From NCBI RefSeq assembly GCF_022045235.1, contig NW_027266308.1, positions 58,590,001 to 58,654,000 on the forward strand: a DNA stretch of 64,000 nt, in the 5' to 3' direction. Both the position numbers and the translations under genes were made by a program. Positions 1 through 12,585 of this stretch are shown one piece after another. Under the pieces are notes generated by a model. The model was not told the DNA's origin. It worked only from the letters and a program-made list of their open reading frames with translations, and did no database searches. Numbering within the stretch: position 1 is the stretch's first letter; the number at the start of each line of letters is the position of its first letter. This stretch comes from Haliotis cracherodii (taxonomy: Eukaryota).

Positions 1-706
1 TCACTAGTAATAAGCCAGCGATGAAACCCATTGCCATGTTTGTCTCACTAGTAATAAGCCAGCGATCGAACCCATTGCCATGTTTGTCTCACTAATAATA
101 AGCCATCGATGGAACACATTGCCATGTTTGTCTCACTAGTAAAACGCCAGCGATCAGACACATTGCCATGTTAGTCTCACTAGTAATAAGCCAGCGATGG
201 AACACATTGCCATGTTTGTCTCACTAGTAAAACGCCAGCGATCAAACACATTGCCATGTTTGTCTCACTAGTAATAAGCCAGCGATGGAACACATTGCCA
301 TGTTTGTCTCACTAGTAATAAGCCAGCGATCGAACCCATTGCCATGTTTGTCTCACTAATAATAAGCCATCGATGGAACACATTGCCATGTTTGTCTCAC
401 TAGTAAAACGCCAGCGATCAGACACATTGCCATGTTAGTCTCACTAGTAATAAGCCAGCGATGGAACACATTGCCATGTTTGTCTCACTAGTAAAACGCC
501 AGCGATCGAACACATTGCCATGTTTGTCTCACTAGTAATAAGCCAGCGATGGAACACATTGCCATGTTTGTCTCACTAGTAATAAGCCAGCGATGAAACC
601 CATTGCCATGTTTGTCTCACTAGTAATAAGCCAGCTATGGAACACATTGCCATGTTAGTCTCACAAGTAATAAACCAGCGATGGAACACATTGCCATGTT
701 TGTCTT
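1..706. repeat. 44-bp minisatellite (TCACTAGTAATAAGCCAGCGATGGAACACATTGCCATGTTTGTC), ~16 copies, runs off the left edge
   Basis: Direct head-to-tail 44-nt periodicity; variant units recur in a 6-unit (264-bp) order. Confidence 0.95.
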
Positions 707-1554
707 ATTAGTATGGGGGGAGGAATAGGTGGAATAACCAATGTTTGTCATAAGAGCCGACTAAAGGTCATCGTGTGGTCAAGCTCTGCGAATTGCGATG
801 TCATGGGTTGTTGCTCATGCATTTTCAATCACTGGTTTGCCTGGTCCAGACTCTCAGTTGACAGCGGCGTAAAACAACTTTCACTGTTTGTTAAACTTTG
901 TATACAATGGCTGTTATATAATTGTCGTCGGCTGTCCAAATATGAGTAACGGATGTTGTGTACACGCACTGTGCGTGTTACTGCTAGACTTAGTGCTGTG
1001 CATAGTATATTAATATTATAGACTTATTGTAATAAGAACACATAAGTTAATAACATAAGTCAATTGAATAGCAGTTTTATCTTTATTGCTCATAATGCCT
1101 TGGTATAGGCATTCAGTCCTCAGTTCTGTACAGCAATGTACGTTCGTATAATCGTCGTTAGGCTACCAAGATAATGTAAATCCTCTGAAGTTCCAAATAT
1201 ATAATGCACGCTTTATGCAGAACGAAGCAATATGGTCGCTCCGTGACACAAAATCTACATCATGCCCATAGGCTAACACGTTATTCAGATGTCAATGCCT
1301 TAAACAAATCCACCCAAAAAACATTTTAGAGGTGACAATGCCAATCTGATAAAACATTTCACAATATGTCTTGTTATTAAACATTAGCTATAATGAAATC
1401 GTCGAAGACTTGAAACGCTTTGGCATTGAATGAAATACATCCTTCATTGTTTGTACAGCATATATGTAACCTTAACATCTTGTGAACAATTCCTATCCCC
1501 CAGACAAACAGCATTATGTGCAACATAAATACAATGACATCCACTACTTCAGCA

Positions 1555-4500
1555 CTACGCCGGCGATGTTCCTTTCCCCTTCTTGTTGTCCACCAGCATC
1601 AGCACCCCGGCCACACCCTCCAGTAACAGAGCCACGATGGCCAGGCCGAAGCTGAACGCGAGCTCTCCGGCCTTGTAATTAACACCTTTTGGTATCGGTC
1701 TACCGTAATCTCCGTCGTTAAACTCCGCTCCAAACACGATCACCGCTATAAGGTAACATATTGCTGCAAAATGTAAAGAAGAAAAATATGTAAATGTAGG
1801 TATGCGCTTATTGTATGAAATTCGCAATTTGTATGCTTAATCTCTATGAGTGAGTGAGTGAGTGAGTTGGGTTTAACGCCGCTTTTAACACTATTCCAGT
1901 TATATCGCGGCGTGTCAGCTTAATGTGGGAGGAAAGCCCGAAGTGATGCAGGTCTCAGACGTTTACCACTTCGGTGAAACCCACGAGCACTCTGACAAAC
2001 CTAGAATCATAATCGGGGCGAACCAATTTTCATAGGTTTCTGGTGTGCCCAAGGGACGCAACTCTGCACAGCGAATCGCGGCGCCTTAGACGACTAGGTC
2101 ACCCGTGCCCCCCTTAATCTCTATGAAAGATAATACAGCTATTTGAAATCTGATCATATACTATTTACATGCAAATTGACAGAAGAAAAAAAATATACAC
2201 GTTAGTAGACGAAATGTTTTATATATCCAAATTTAATGAGATTATCGTTGATAAATCGTGAAGAAAACATATGTTCGTAAGAGATTATCTTCTGAAGAGC
2301 ACGATTCTCATGTGTAATTCTGTGAATGATCAACATGCGGAATTCTAAAAACAGATTATTTTATTTACGTGGCAATCACCGGCCCAAAAATGTCTTAAGC
2401 ACGTCACAGTGGTTGATTTACATATCGAAATTAATTTTGATAAATCTTTACCATTGATGCGATGAAAAGGCATAAATGTTAACGTGTGAATATTCATTAA
2501 TAATATCTGATCCTAACTGATTTGAGACTTTCAAATGAAAGCAAAAGATATAGCATCGGTGAATTTATGATAACAAGGACAAAAACGTCATTGAATCAGG
2601 TACGTCACCTGTGACAATACTCTGTACGGCATTCCAAAACCCGATGTCGGTGACGTCGTCACACTTGGACGTGAAAACCTGCAGCATCACGATGATGAAG
2701 GCGATGTTGATACCGACGAAGCCAAAAATAGAGAAAGCCTGAACAGCTACGAACCAGTCTGTGGAGAAGACGATAAAAATAGTATCAAGGCATATGTACA
2801 TCGAATGTATTAATTTGAGAACATGAAACGTTTATTGATGACGACGTCTTAATTGCTTGTACTGAGTAAGCGTATTGATTTAATATCATATATAATAATA
2901 TATATAACATATACATGCTGATATGTTTACACAATGAACGATTAATGTACAAAGTCTGTTTGTTTGTTGTTTAACGCCGCACTCAGCAATATTTCAGCTC
3001 GAGGACGCGGTCTGTATATAATCGTTGGGACCAGACTATCCACTGATTGACATCATGAGCATCGATCCGCGCAATTGAGATACGATGAAATAATGCATCA
3101 ACCAAGTCAGCGAACCTGACCACCCGATCCCGTTAGTCTCCTCATACGACAAGCGTAATCGTCTTTTACGGCACGCATGGGTTGCTGAAGACCTATTGTA
3201 CCCCGGATCTTCACGGGTACAATGTACAAAGATAAAAAGAGGAATGGGGCTAACGGGAGGGAAGCGAATTCAGTTCAATAAAAGTGGATTTTGGTGTTAT
3301 TCCGAAAAACTGACTGGTGTAACGATATAAAAATAAGACAATCACGTGTCCATGTGCTTGTAGCACAGTAGAATACCCGCTGGTAGGTAGATGCCTTGGT
3401 CTCTGTTAATGGCCGGTCTGTTTCATTCTGTAGTTTCTCGTAGTTTCCTCTTTTTCCAGCGTTTAAAGTAAATATGGAGAATTTTGGTGTATTGCCAATA
3501 AATACATTCCAAACATCCAGTGAAGTAAACATTCGGAAACTCAGGAAACCCAGCAGAAAGACACCGATCACATGCCCAGTCCAGCCCCATCACCTATCCT
3601 TGTCAGCATCCCATACCAAGGGGGTCGGTCGGGTAGCATAAAGGTTAAAGCGTTGTCTCGTTACGCCGAAGACCCGGGTACGATTTCCCACATGGATACA
3701 ATGTGTGAAGCCCATTTTCCGGTGTCCCCCGCCGTGATATTGCTGGAATATTGTTAACAGCGGCATAAAACCATACTCACAACATACCAATGGGCTAATG
3801 GTAACGGTTCCGGCTATTCCACACTCAGGATTACAGAAATACAAAGAGGTCTCGAGTGATGATAATGTATGGATATCAAAAAAGGAAGGATTTGGTGGAA
3901 CTATACAATCAGCAGAACATGTTGGTGGTGGTTTGTAAGGTGCAAACAGTCAAAAAAAACACAGGGGTGTGTAGTAAAAAGGTGATCGTTTCTGATGATT
4001 TGATCAATAATGGACCATGCCCCCACGATTGGTAAAACATTCGTTACGGCGTAGCATGGTCCGAATCAATCTCCAAATTTAAGCGAGTCTTGTCCACTCC
4101 TTTTGCAGCGCCTTGCTCAGTTCGGCTAAGGTAGCTGGTGGTCTTTGACGTCGGCGTGCGTGCTTCCTGATCATTTCCCTTACGTGTTTTAAGGTTTGAA
4201 AGGTCAGGCCTAATGACTATTGCATGTGATGTTTTGCTGCTGGAGGTATTCAGTTACATACGTGCACAGTGCACGAGCCTTAACGTCTGGAAAGACAAAA
4301 CGTGGACCACCATGGCGCGCAAACTATTGGGATCAGCATGTTGTCTCGGTAGTACTGTCCAGTGACCGTCCATGGATAATATGCAGAGGGGTTCCCACAG
4401 TCATGGCGATCACGCGCCATATCATTACATTCCCACCCCCACATTTGTCACGTTACGTTGACCTTCGCATGACGTTCGTTAGGACACTCCAGACACATCT

Positions 4501-5703
4501 ACGCCTATCCAGTAAGTTCAGACTGAATCAGGACTCATCTGAAAACATTGCATGCGATCATCGGCGAATCCCCCAGTTTCTACGCTATAAACGCCATCTG
4601 CGCCAGATCACAATCACAATAGCAGGTGATTTAAGATGACTGGGTGATTTTAGGTGAGAGAGGTAGTGAGTTTGGTTAACACCGCTTTGAACAGTATTTC
4701 AGTTATATCATATTGTGTGTGAAGAAAACATTAGCGGATTACAAACTGGACCATTCAACCATTCAAACTACAATTCGTAGACTCTAAGTTCGATCCTCTG
4801 CATTGACATTGCAATTGTATATTTCCTACGTTCACAATACTACTGGTACAAGTGGAACAAAGCTATTTATTAATCGCCATATTCCTGCCCATGTAAAGCT
4901 ACCCTTAATTTGTGACACCAAATATTTAAGACATGTATACTAGTATGTAAATAAACACACACATATAACTTTATAATCATCAAACATAACATCATTATAT
5001 CGATACGTTATCATACTTTTACCATATATCTATCCCCCAAAATACATTACCAGCGTAAAGTATGTGTCAATGTGCTCCCGATTCGCCCATAGTCCCGTGT
5101 AACTTGTAGAAAGTGGTACTTTGTTATCGCTTCCGCCATTCTGGCACACAAAAGGCAGGTACACACCTGATTCGACAACAGTAATCGTTGCACCAAACTC
5201 ACTCACTCACTCACATCTGACATTCTGTGGTACTGAATTGTTTGATAGGCATTACTTAGAAGTTGACGGATGACAAGATAGACACAATTTTATGGATAAC
5301 AACTTCTTTAATACTGTGAAAAGCGACGTTTCGGTATAGATCCTTATACCGTTTTCAAGCATTTTATCCAAAACATTGTGTCTATCCTATGGTACTGGTA
5401 CTGGTACTGGTAAAACTCATTATCACATAATAATGACATAACATAGCACTGACCTAACACTGCGCCATCCAAAGTAATACAGTTCGAAGGGCCTGTGTAC
5501 GACGTGGAGGCACCGTTGGAACACCTCCTCCACAGACCAAGTCCCGTGTATCCACCATCAGTGCCCAACAATGGATCAGTGTACGTCCTCCCCCACTCAG
5601 GAACAGTAAAAGCAATCCAACTGCAGATCTGGGCCAGCAACAGTAGAATCAGGCAGACTTTAGTCAGAGTCGGACTCTTCATGAAACTGTCCTTCAAACC
5701 CAT
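1555..5703 (-). CDS. Claudin/PMP22/EMP-superfamily tetraspan membrane protein, paralogue 1 (~202 aa)
   Basis: Exons 5703-5454, 2758-2609, 1763-1555 with GT-AG sites and phase-1 introns give an open 609-nt frame. MGLKDSF...PEWG...GLGLWRRC-x13-C claudin signature; four hydrophobic segments; ends KGTSPA*. Confidence 0.9.
1850..2112 (-). mobile_element. tRNA-derived SINE, family B
   Basis: Matches other copies (13034, 14611, 19287); (ACTC)n tail; 14-bp TSD CTTAATCTCTATGA at 1836-1849 and 2113-2126. Confidence 0.9.
2955..3220 (-). mobile_element. Short retroposon family C (no tRNA head, (AAAC)n tail)
   Basis: Starts ACCCGTGAAGATCCGGGG on the minus strand; TSD AATGTACAAAG at 2944-2954 and 3221-3231; about a dozen related copies in the window. 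Confidence 0.88.
3620..3782 (+). mobile_element. tRNA(Asp-like)-derived SINE, family A
   Basis: Box A/box B-like head, conserved body, ACTCAC tail, TSD CATACCAA; homologous to the 50650 copy. Confidence 0.88.
4004..4620 (-). mobile_element. Decayed Tc1/mariner transposase remnant in intron 1 of paralogue 1
   Basis: Frameshifted minus-strand translation gives MFSDES*FSL..., GGGNVMIW, YRDNMLIP, PDLSNLKHV, ELSKALQKEW, NRGGMVHY*, matching the Tc1 DDE-domain motif order (FSDES / GGGSVMVW / PDLNPIEH / RGGHTHY). Confidence 0.8.
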
Positions 5704-6454
5704 GTTGATACACGTACAGATGCAGTGGAACAAGCCGAATGTGTTGATGCATCTTAATGTGTTTTGCCTTTATATGTGTATCTGGTTACCACAACAAATG
5801 TACCAAAGTTTACATCGAGGTTACGCTCGTAGATAAGTCCCAAATTTACCCTCTTCACAAGGAACCCGTTGTTCAGGTTCTGGAGGGGTGTGGTGTCTTT
5901 AGATATCTCCAGCTCTAACGTTAACATGGCTCTGATATCGCCCCAACATAAATTTGCGGGTGATAGTGTTTTTACACAACTGACTGAGATATCTGCCGAT
6001 ACGAATTTCTGATGACCGAAGTCCGACTCTGATAACTGACAGCCTGTTATTAACGACGACGAAATCTACCAAGTTTATCGCAGTTGACCACGCCACACAA
6101 AACAGACTAATAGTATGGTAATGAAAGTACTAAATGACCAGATAGGTTTAGTGAGTTTAAACTTATAGTCACGTCGGCAGCATAAACAGAAAGACCAAGG
6201 CATAACACGACGTATTACCTTAATACAATCTCTGCATGTTTTTCGCTTCATGTGTGAAAGATACTTCTACTTTATACAGAGTAACCTCGATAATCCGGAT
6301 GGTAGTCTTCCGAGTGAAGTCGTCCTGATTAGCGAAGCATTGCATCTTGGTATTATCTTTATAGTGGTGCTGGGATACCCCGCACTACGCACTTCGCTAT
6401 CCCATGGTCAAAATCGTTCCTGTCACTGCAAAGTTCTCATTGCACACACGAGGG

Positions 6455-6655
6455 AATGATTGTGGGTTCGAATCCCGGTTCGCCCTGATTATGTTTCTAG
6501 GTTTGTCAGCACCATACCCGTGCTCGTGGGTTTCACCGAAGTGGTAAAGGTCTGAGACCTGCATCACTTCGGGCTTTCGTCCCACATTAGGCTGACACGC
6601 CCTCATATAACTGGAATACTGTTAAAAGCGGCGTTAAACCAAACACACTCACACT
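6455..6655 (+). mobile_element. SINE family B, 5'-truncated
   Basis: GTGGGTTCGAATCCCGG box B plus family-B body and tail. Confidence 0.85.
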
Positions 6656-6891
6656 TCGCTGCCTAAGACCCGTTTGATTACAATATAAATCTGCCCCCAA
6701 CCGCCTTAAAGGAAACAATATAATGTTCATCAAACACCACACTACAATACTTACAAAAAGAACAACATAAATCCGAACAAACAAACTCATTTAATGGAAA
6801 TAACGTTTAACAAACCAATAACATACTGAGGTGAGAAAGTTAAATATATCTACAGTGTCCATGGTGGGATACCATCATGAGTGTGCCATCG

Positions 6892-9800
6892 TTACGACGG
6901 TGACGTCACAGTGACGCCCTTTCCATCCAGCAACATCAGAACTCCCGCCACAATCTCCAAGACAAGAGCGACAATGGCGAACCCGAAACTGAAGCCGAAC
7001 TCTCCCTCGCGAATGATCACTCCGCTGATGTAGTTGAAGAAGCCATCGTCAAAGTTCGTTCCGAAGATTATAACGGCCACCAGGTAACAAGCAGCTGTTG
7101 GATGAAACAGAATAAAGAAATGGATAAAGGATTTGAACATAACGGTTTGCTTGCTGACGGTGCGACTCATAATTAAGCTCTCGCCACCTGTCACTCAAAC
7201 AACATGACCGACCAATCAGAAAGTCCTAAGTGATAAAAGAATCCGATAAATTTTGCCCGATAACCTGTTCGACTTTTATCAAAATGATAGATGTTTTTAA
7301 GCAATATTCGATACTGTCACCCAAACATCAGTATATCCGGAAATGTAACATAATTCATTATTAGAAGTATACAGAATAAAAAAAGCCCATACATGTTAAT
7401 AACAAATTCGTCCTGCTTGTTTGGGGAGAGGTTAAATCCGCTCTGACGCTAGGTAAAATGAACATTTAACGTCGAAGGAAAATAATTTGGGGGTCTTGAA
7501 AATGAAATGGCTTCAACATTTATTCTTTGGTTGTCCGCATTTTTATAACAATGTTTAATTTTTATTTCAAAATAGGAATAATGCAATCGAATTGTTTAAA
7601 AACATCTATCAATTAATTTTACATGTAACGCGCTTGTCCAAACTTGACTATACACACAGAAGGAATGGAGCAATAATAATCTTTATATCATTAGATCATA
7701 GATCTTGATTAAGTTTGATTGTGTTTGTTTATGTCCTAAAATGCACGTGCTAGCCATTCCGAAGCCGAACCGTCCTGTCTTTATTGAACTATCTTTATAA
7801 TGTAAAATTCCATACTGTTGTGGTATTAAAGTGATGATGGAAGGATATTTGTTTCAAGAAAAGTATGTATTTGAATAGCGTTTTCCCTGAAGCCCTCAAG
7901 CACGGGAATGGCGTTGAGAGACCAGGAATCATACTTAGTACGAATCTGGGATTCGAAATTAAAACCAGGAGATCCTTGGAAATGCCCAGGAACTTCATTC
8001 CTCAAAGCGAATTGCAACACATTTGACCGCTGATCCACACGTGCATCCTTCAGTAGGCATAACGGTATAATTGTAGACGACATATGGTATAAATTAAACA
8101 TAACGGTAAACGCTATTGAAGTAACCAGTGTCAGTGTGGACGTATTTACCAGTCACAAAGCAGCAGAGGGCGTTCCAGAAGCCGAGGTCACTGACACCCT
8201 TGCATACAGAGGAGAATATCTGGAGAGTCACAACAAGGAACGCCACGTTAATTCCTACAAAGCCGAACACAGAAAGGGCTTGCACAGTGGCGTACCAGTC
8301 TGAAATAGAGAAATACATCCTGTATTTAGTTTAGTGCTTGGACAAACCTGTCGAAAATATTAGCAAATGTATGTGGTTTACAAATGAAAACATACAATGA
8401 GGTTAGCATTTGGTGAATTGTATTCTCAAATTGCAGTGAGTAAAGTAATGGTTTTCTGCCAAAATGCTTTTGGGACAGAAGACCTCGAAGACGGGACAGT
8501 GAGCATAACATGACGCTAGGTTATAATTGTCGATACCAAAAATGTTTCAAGAAAGGGGCTTTACATACTGAATATGGGTTCATAAAAGTAATCTTCTCGG
8601 GAAAGATAATTCCGTAGTACCGAGTTGCAAGTACGTTGTTTTATATATTGCCCATAAGTTCAGAAAATATTGAACAATGGTTTCCTGATCACAAGGGTGA
8701 CGTAAGCGCAGTCAATCTATTGTTGGAGGGACGTCACATAAAACCGTTTATGACGTCATGAACAATATATGACGTCATCTGCAATTGTTTTGGACAGTGC
8801 GTTGACATGACTACTCCATGAAACGGGTCACGTCTCTAAAACCCCAAATAACGGAACAATTGACGTGAAGTACCCAATCATCATGGCAGATAATTGCACC
8901 GATATCCGTGCCCCTGTGGGTAAAAGAGGACAGTGAAGTATGAGAGTGGGTGATTTGACGTCGCTTCATAATTAGCGATGTTCCAAATGCCTTGGTCGCC
9001 GTGAATAGCTGTAAGAATGCTGATGCAGCGTTAAACACTAATCACTCACTCACTCACTAAATCTAAATGTCGTGAGAATGGGTTTCATATACATGTATTG
9101 CATCCTCTTGCATAACAGGCTAACCGAGGGAGCGGCGTTGTGCACCATCGTCCAAGAATAGACTTCTGTTTGGAATTAAATCCGGGTCTAAGATGAATGA
9201 AGCCTTCGGTCACAATCTCCCCGCCCCCTAACATGGAAACAATCCACATTTCGCATAACCGTGCCATGTCACATATATTTATATCTACTGGGTGGATCGG
9301 GATGGATATATGGTGATGTTCATATAATGATGTTTTCAATAGGTTATAAAAAAGTTGCCTTTTTCAATTACGGCTTTGATTTCTATTCCTTATCATCGAT
9401 CAAATGTATTGTTACTGCTAAAAAACTGTTACCGCTGACCTCAATGCGAACCCTTCGACCCTAAAAAACATGCTGATTTTGAAAAATGCTCTAGCTTTAT
9501 ATCCATTTGAAATGACAACGTAAGCTGTATCCCTATTAGCAAAACCATAAGGCTATTGACAGTCAGATTATATATCTTATACATATTTACTTTTTTCGAC
9601 CCTTAGTTTAACACATATTAAAAAATCCCTATCGACATACCAGTGAATGAGTGATTCTGGTTTTACGCCGCTTTTAGCAATATTCTAGCAATATCACGGC
9701 ACCAGAAATGGGCTCCACGAATTGTACCGATGTGGGGAACGAACCCGAGCCTTTGGCGTAACGAACGAACGCTTTAACCACTAGGCTAACCCATCGCCCC

Positions 9801-10050
9801 TATCGACATAGCAGAAAGACCTACCTAGTCTGGTTCCATCCAACTGACCACACGCCGAGGGCACTTCGGAGTTGCTGCAGATCCTCCACAAACCGTACCC
9901 AAGAAAAAAGTCTCCAACTGGAGCCGTGTATCTCTTCCCCCACTGTGGAATGGTGAAGGCGATGTAATTACACACCTGAGCCACAAGCAGTACCAGGAAA
10001 CACACCTTCATCAGCAGAGATGCTCCCATGAAGCTGTCCTTGATGCCCAT
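6892..10050 (-). CDS. Claudin/PMP22-superfamily tetraspan protein, paralogue 2 (~192 aa)
   Basis: Exons 10050-9825, 8299-8150, 7094-6892; GT-AG; open 579-nt frame; PQWG...GYGLWRIC-x8-C; ends VTSPS*. Confidence 0.9.
9643..9800 (-). mobile_element. SINE family A
   Basis: Reverse copy of family A, TSD TATCGACATA, about 24 bp from the exon-1 donor of paralogue 2. Confidence 0.85.
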
Positions 10051-10413
10051 GGTGATTGGAATAAGATAACTTAAGCAACTTGGGATAACACAGTTCTTCT
10101 GTCACTTCTGGAACAGACTGGTCTGTAGCGGTAGGTTGGCGAATGTTTGTGTTTAGACGTTGCTACAACAACCGTCTGGATGTAATTTATTGTTTTATGG
10201 CAGCTTCATAACTGTGTGCTCCACTGTTGATCAAACATCACCGGGTTGTAAATCACGAGAACTGTGCGTGTGACTGTAGATAGGGTCAGCCAGAATATTG
10301 TATCAGTTTCTAATTTGTAATATTTGCAAACTTTATCCCTTGAATAAATGTTCTTTGGTCACAATCTCTCCGCCCCCTAACATTGCAGAGCTTTTCAACG
10401 ACTGACCCTTTTA

Positions 10414-10698
10414 GGTGAGGTGAAATGGGGATTATTACACTTATATAGCGACGTGCTTGTTTGTGTGGCTGTGTACTAGTCCGGACTGATGCCGATTTAT
10501 AGTGCTAGCTCACTGAGATACCATGTCGTAGTTTAACATGAATACCCCACTCAGACACAGTATACTAACTCCAGACGACCAGTCCTTGTTCTAGCCCCTT
10601 AATGCCGAGCGCCAGACAGGGTAACAACAAGTAAAAACTTTTAACGTCTTTTGGCGTCTCTGGGCGGACGCTCTATCACTAGACTAAGGAAGCGGTCG
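10414..10698 (-). mobile_element. SINE family D (Meta/MESC-domain-like), internally deleted
   Basis: Homologous to 35094-35446; TSD CTGACCCTTTTA at 10402-10413 and 10699-10710. Confidence 0.82.
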
Positions 10699-12585
10699 CT
10701 GACCCTTTTAACGAAAAGCTAAATTAATGCGCTGTTTGTATCAGGGGAGGTTATCACTGACCCATTACTCGGTTTCATTGGGAGATTAAGGGTTAATGTA
10801 GAATGGGTATTATCGCATGTGCAATGTAGCTGATTGAAACATGTTCACTTTACGGTGGATATGTGTGCACAGAATTGTAGGTAAAATATTCGTGAAGTGC
10901 GAGGCAATACTTCAACACGCCGACAGATTGCTGAATTCTTACTTGATTCCACATGTGTGGAACTAGTCGTCTTCCTAATGACCACTTCATGGAGAAGTGT
11001 ATCCAATATAATCATTAAGAACATCGGTTCAACAGAGGCTAAATATTTATTATTCTATGCTCCGGTGAGGCTTCATATCATCCAGACAGCCTTGAATGGG
11101 CTATTCACATTCCAATCGTAATAAAACGATTTTATTGAAGTGTTTACATTTACACACCGCGTGTTTTCTGTGTTACCCTATAGCGAGATGTAATTTAAGT
11201 GATCCGGTGATCAGAGCCTACATACCAATACATTTCCTGAAAGGCTGAAGTTATAGTGCAATTTGAGTGCATTAAATGCAACTATTCATATCTTTTCATG
11301 GGATTCCAGGGATTAATCTGTCGGACACACCTACATATGAATGAAATGAATAATTCACAATAATTTTATAATAGATGATCAAAACATCAACATCAAATAA
11401 TGTGTTTAACAAACCATGTATAATAATTGTTCTTCGATGAGAAACGGATGATCGACGGGAGTGGCTGTCGTCGTTGTGCAGTGAAGATATGATTATCCTA
11501 CCCGTTTGTTAGCCAACATTATTAACTGCTGTAACGGCACCCTTTATCTTTAACAAGTGAGCTATGTCTGCCTGTGATGGATTTCCCGGACTGTTGTTAG
11601 GGCTCAACTATGATGATTGTTTATTATCATGTATTACTGGTGTGCTAGGGCGCGGACTATCTGGACAACGTATTGCGGCGCACGTTCATGCTACCGAGGC
11701 ACCCGTGATCCCTCAACACTTTTACGTTTGTGACTCATGTAGAATCAAGATGAAACGTGGGGTGTTACAATACAGATTCATAAATATTGAATTCCATGCC
11801 ATGGTGTTCCTCGACTAAACAAAGGCTGCTAGTTAGACTCTGGCTTAAAACAGACAACGATTCACAGGCCCTGAAGATAATGCAGTCTTATAGATATAAA
11901 AAAAAATATACGAGTGTATACAATTTATTTCATACATATTATATACGTGTATTCTATATCTCATCCATAAACAGTATGGATATTAAACTTCAACTCCAGA
12001 GAATAAACAGTCTTGATTATCCGTCCAAACAGATCCCTTAAGTCAAAATAGCGACAATATGAATAGATCACTGACAATCAGTGATGACACCAGGTGTTTG
12101 CGAAAAGGGTACTGCCCTGCCGCCACTCACAAATTTGCACAGAAAAGTAGGTGTTTCTTTGTTGCCTGGCGCCGCACAGCAGTAAGCACATCACACAGCA
12201 CAGAAATAACGTTTCTATGCCAGTCTCGTATGACCTTCAGTTTAGTCCTTACTCTGGGAGTCAAAACATGTAACAGAATACGTGTATGCACTCCCGACGG
12301 AGGATCAAAACTATGTCAGGGGCATTGGATTCAATAAATTCGAGGTGGTTGGAGTCACTTTTGCGAAGAGTCTGGCGTCACAGGGCGGTAAAAGTCAAAC
12401 GTCGAGGAAGATGTACGGGACACTATTCTCTAGGCGTCTGAATCCATTTTTGTTGAGGAGGTTTTAGTCAGCAACGTCGAGGAGGTTTGAGTCACATGAG
12501 TTCAGGCGGTTAGAGTAATAGGGATCAGGGTTGGAGTCATGAGTGTTGAGCGGTTGGAGTCAGAGTGTCAAGAATTCAATTCAGA

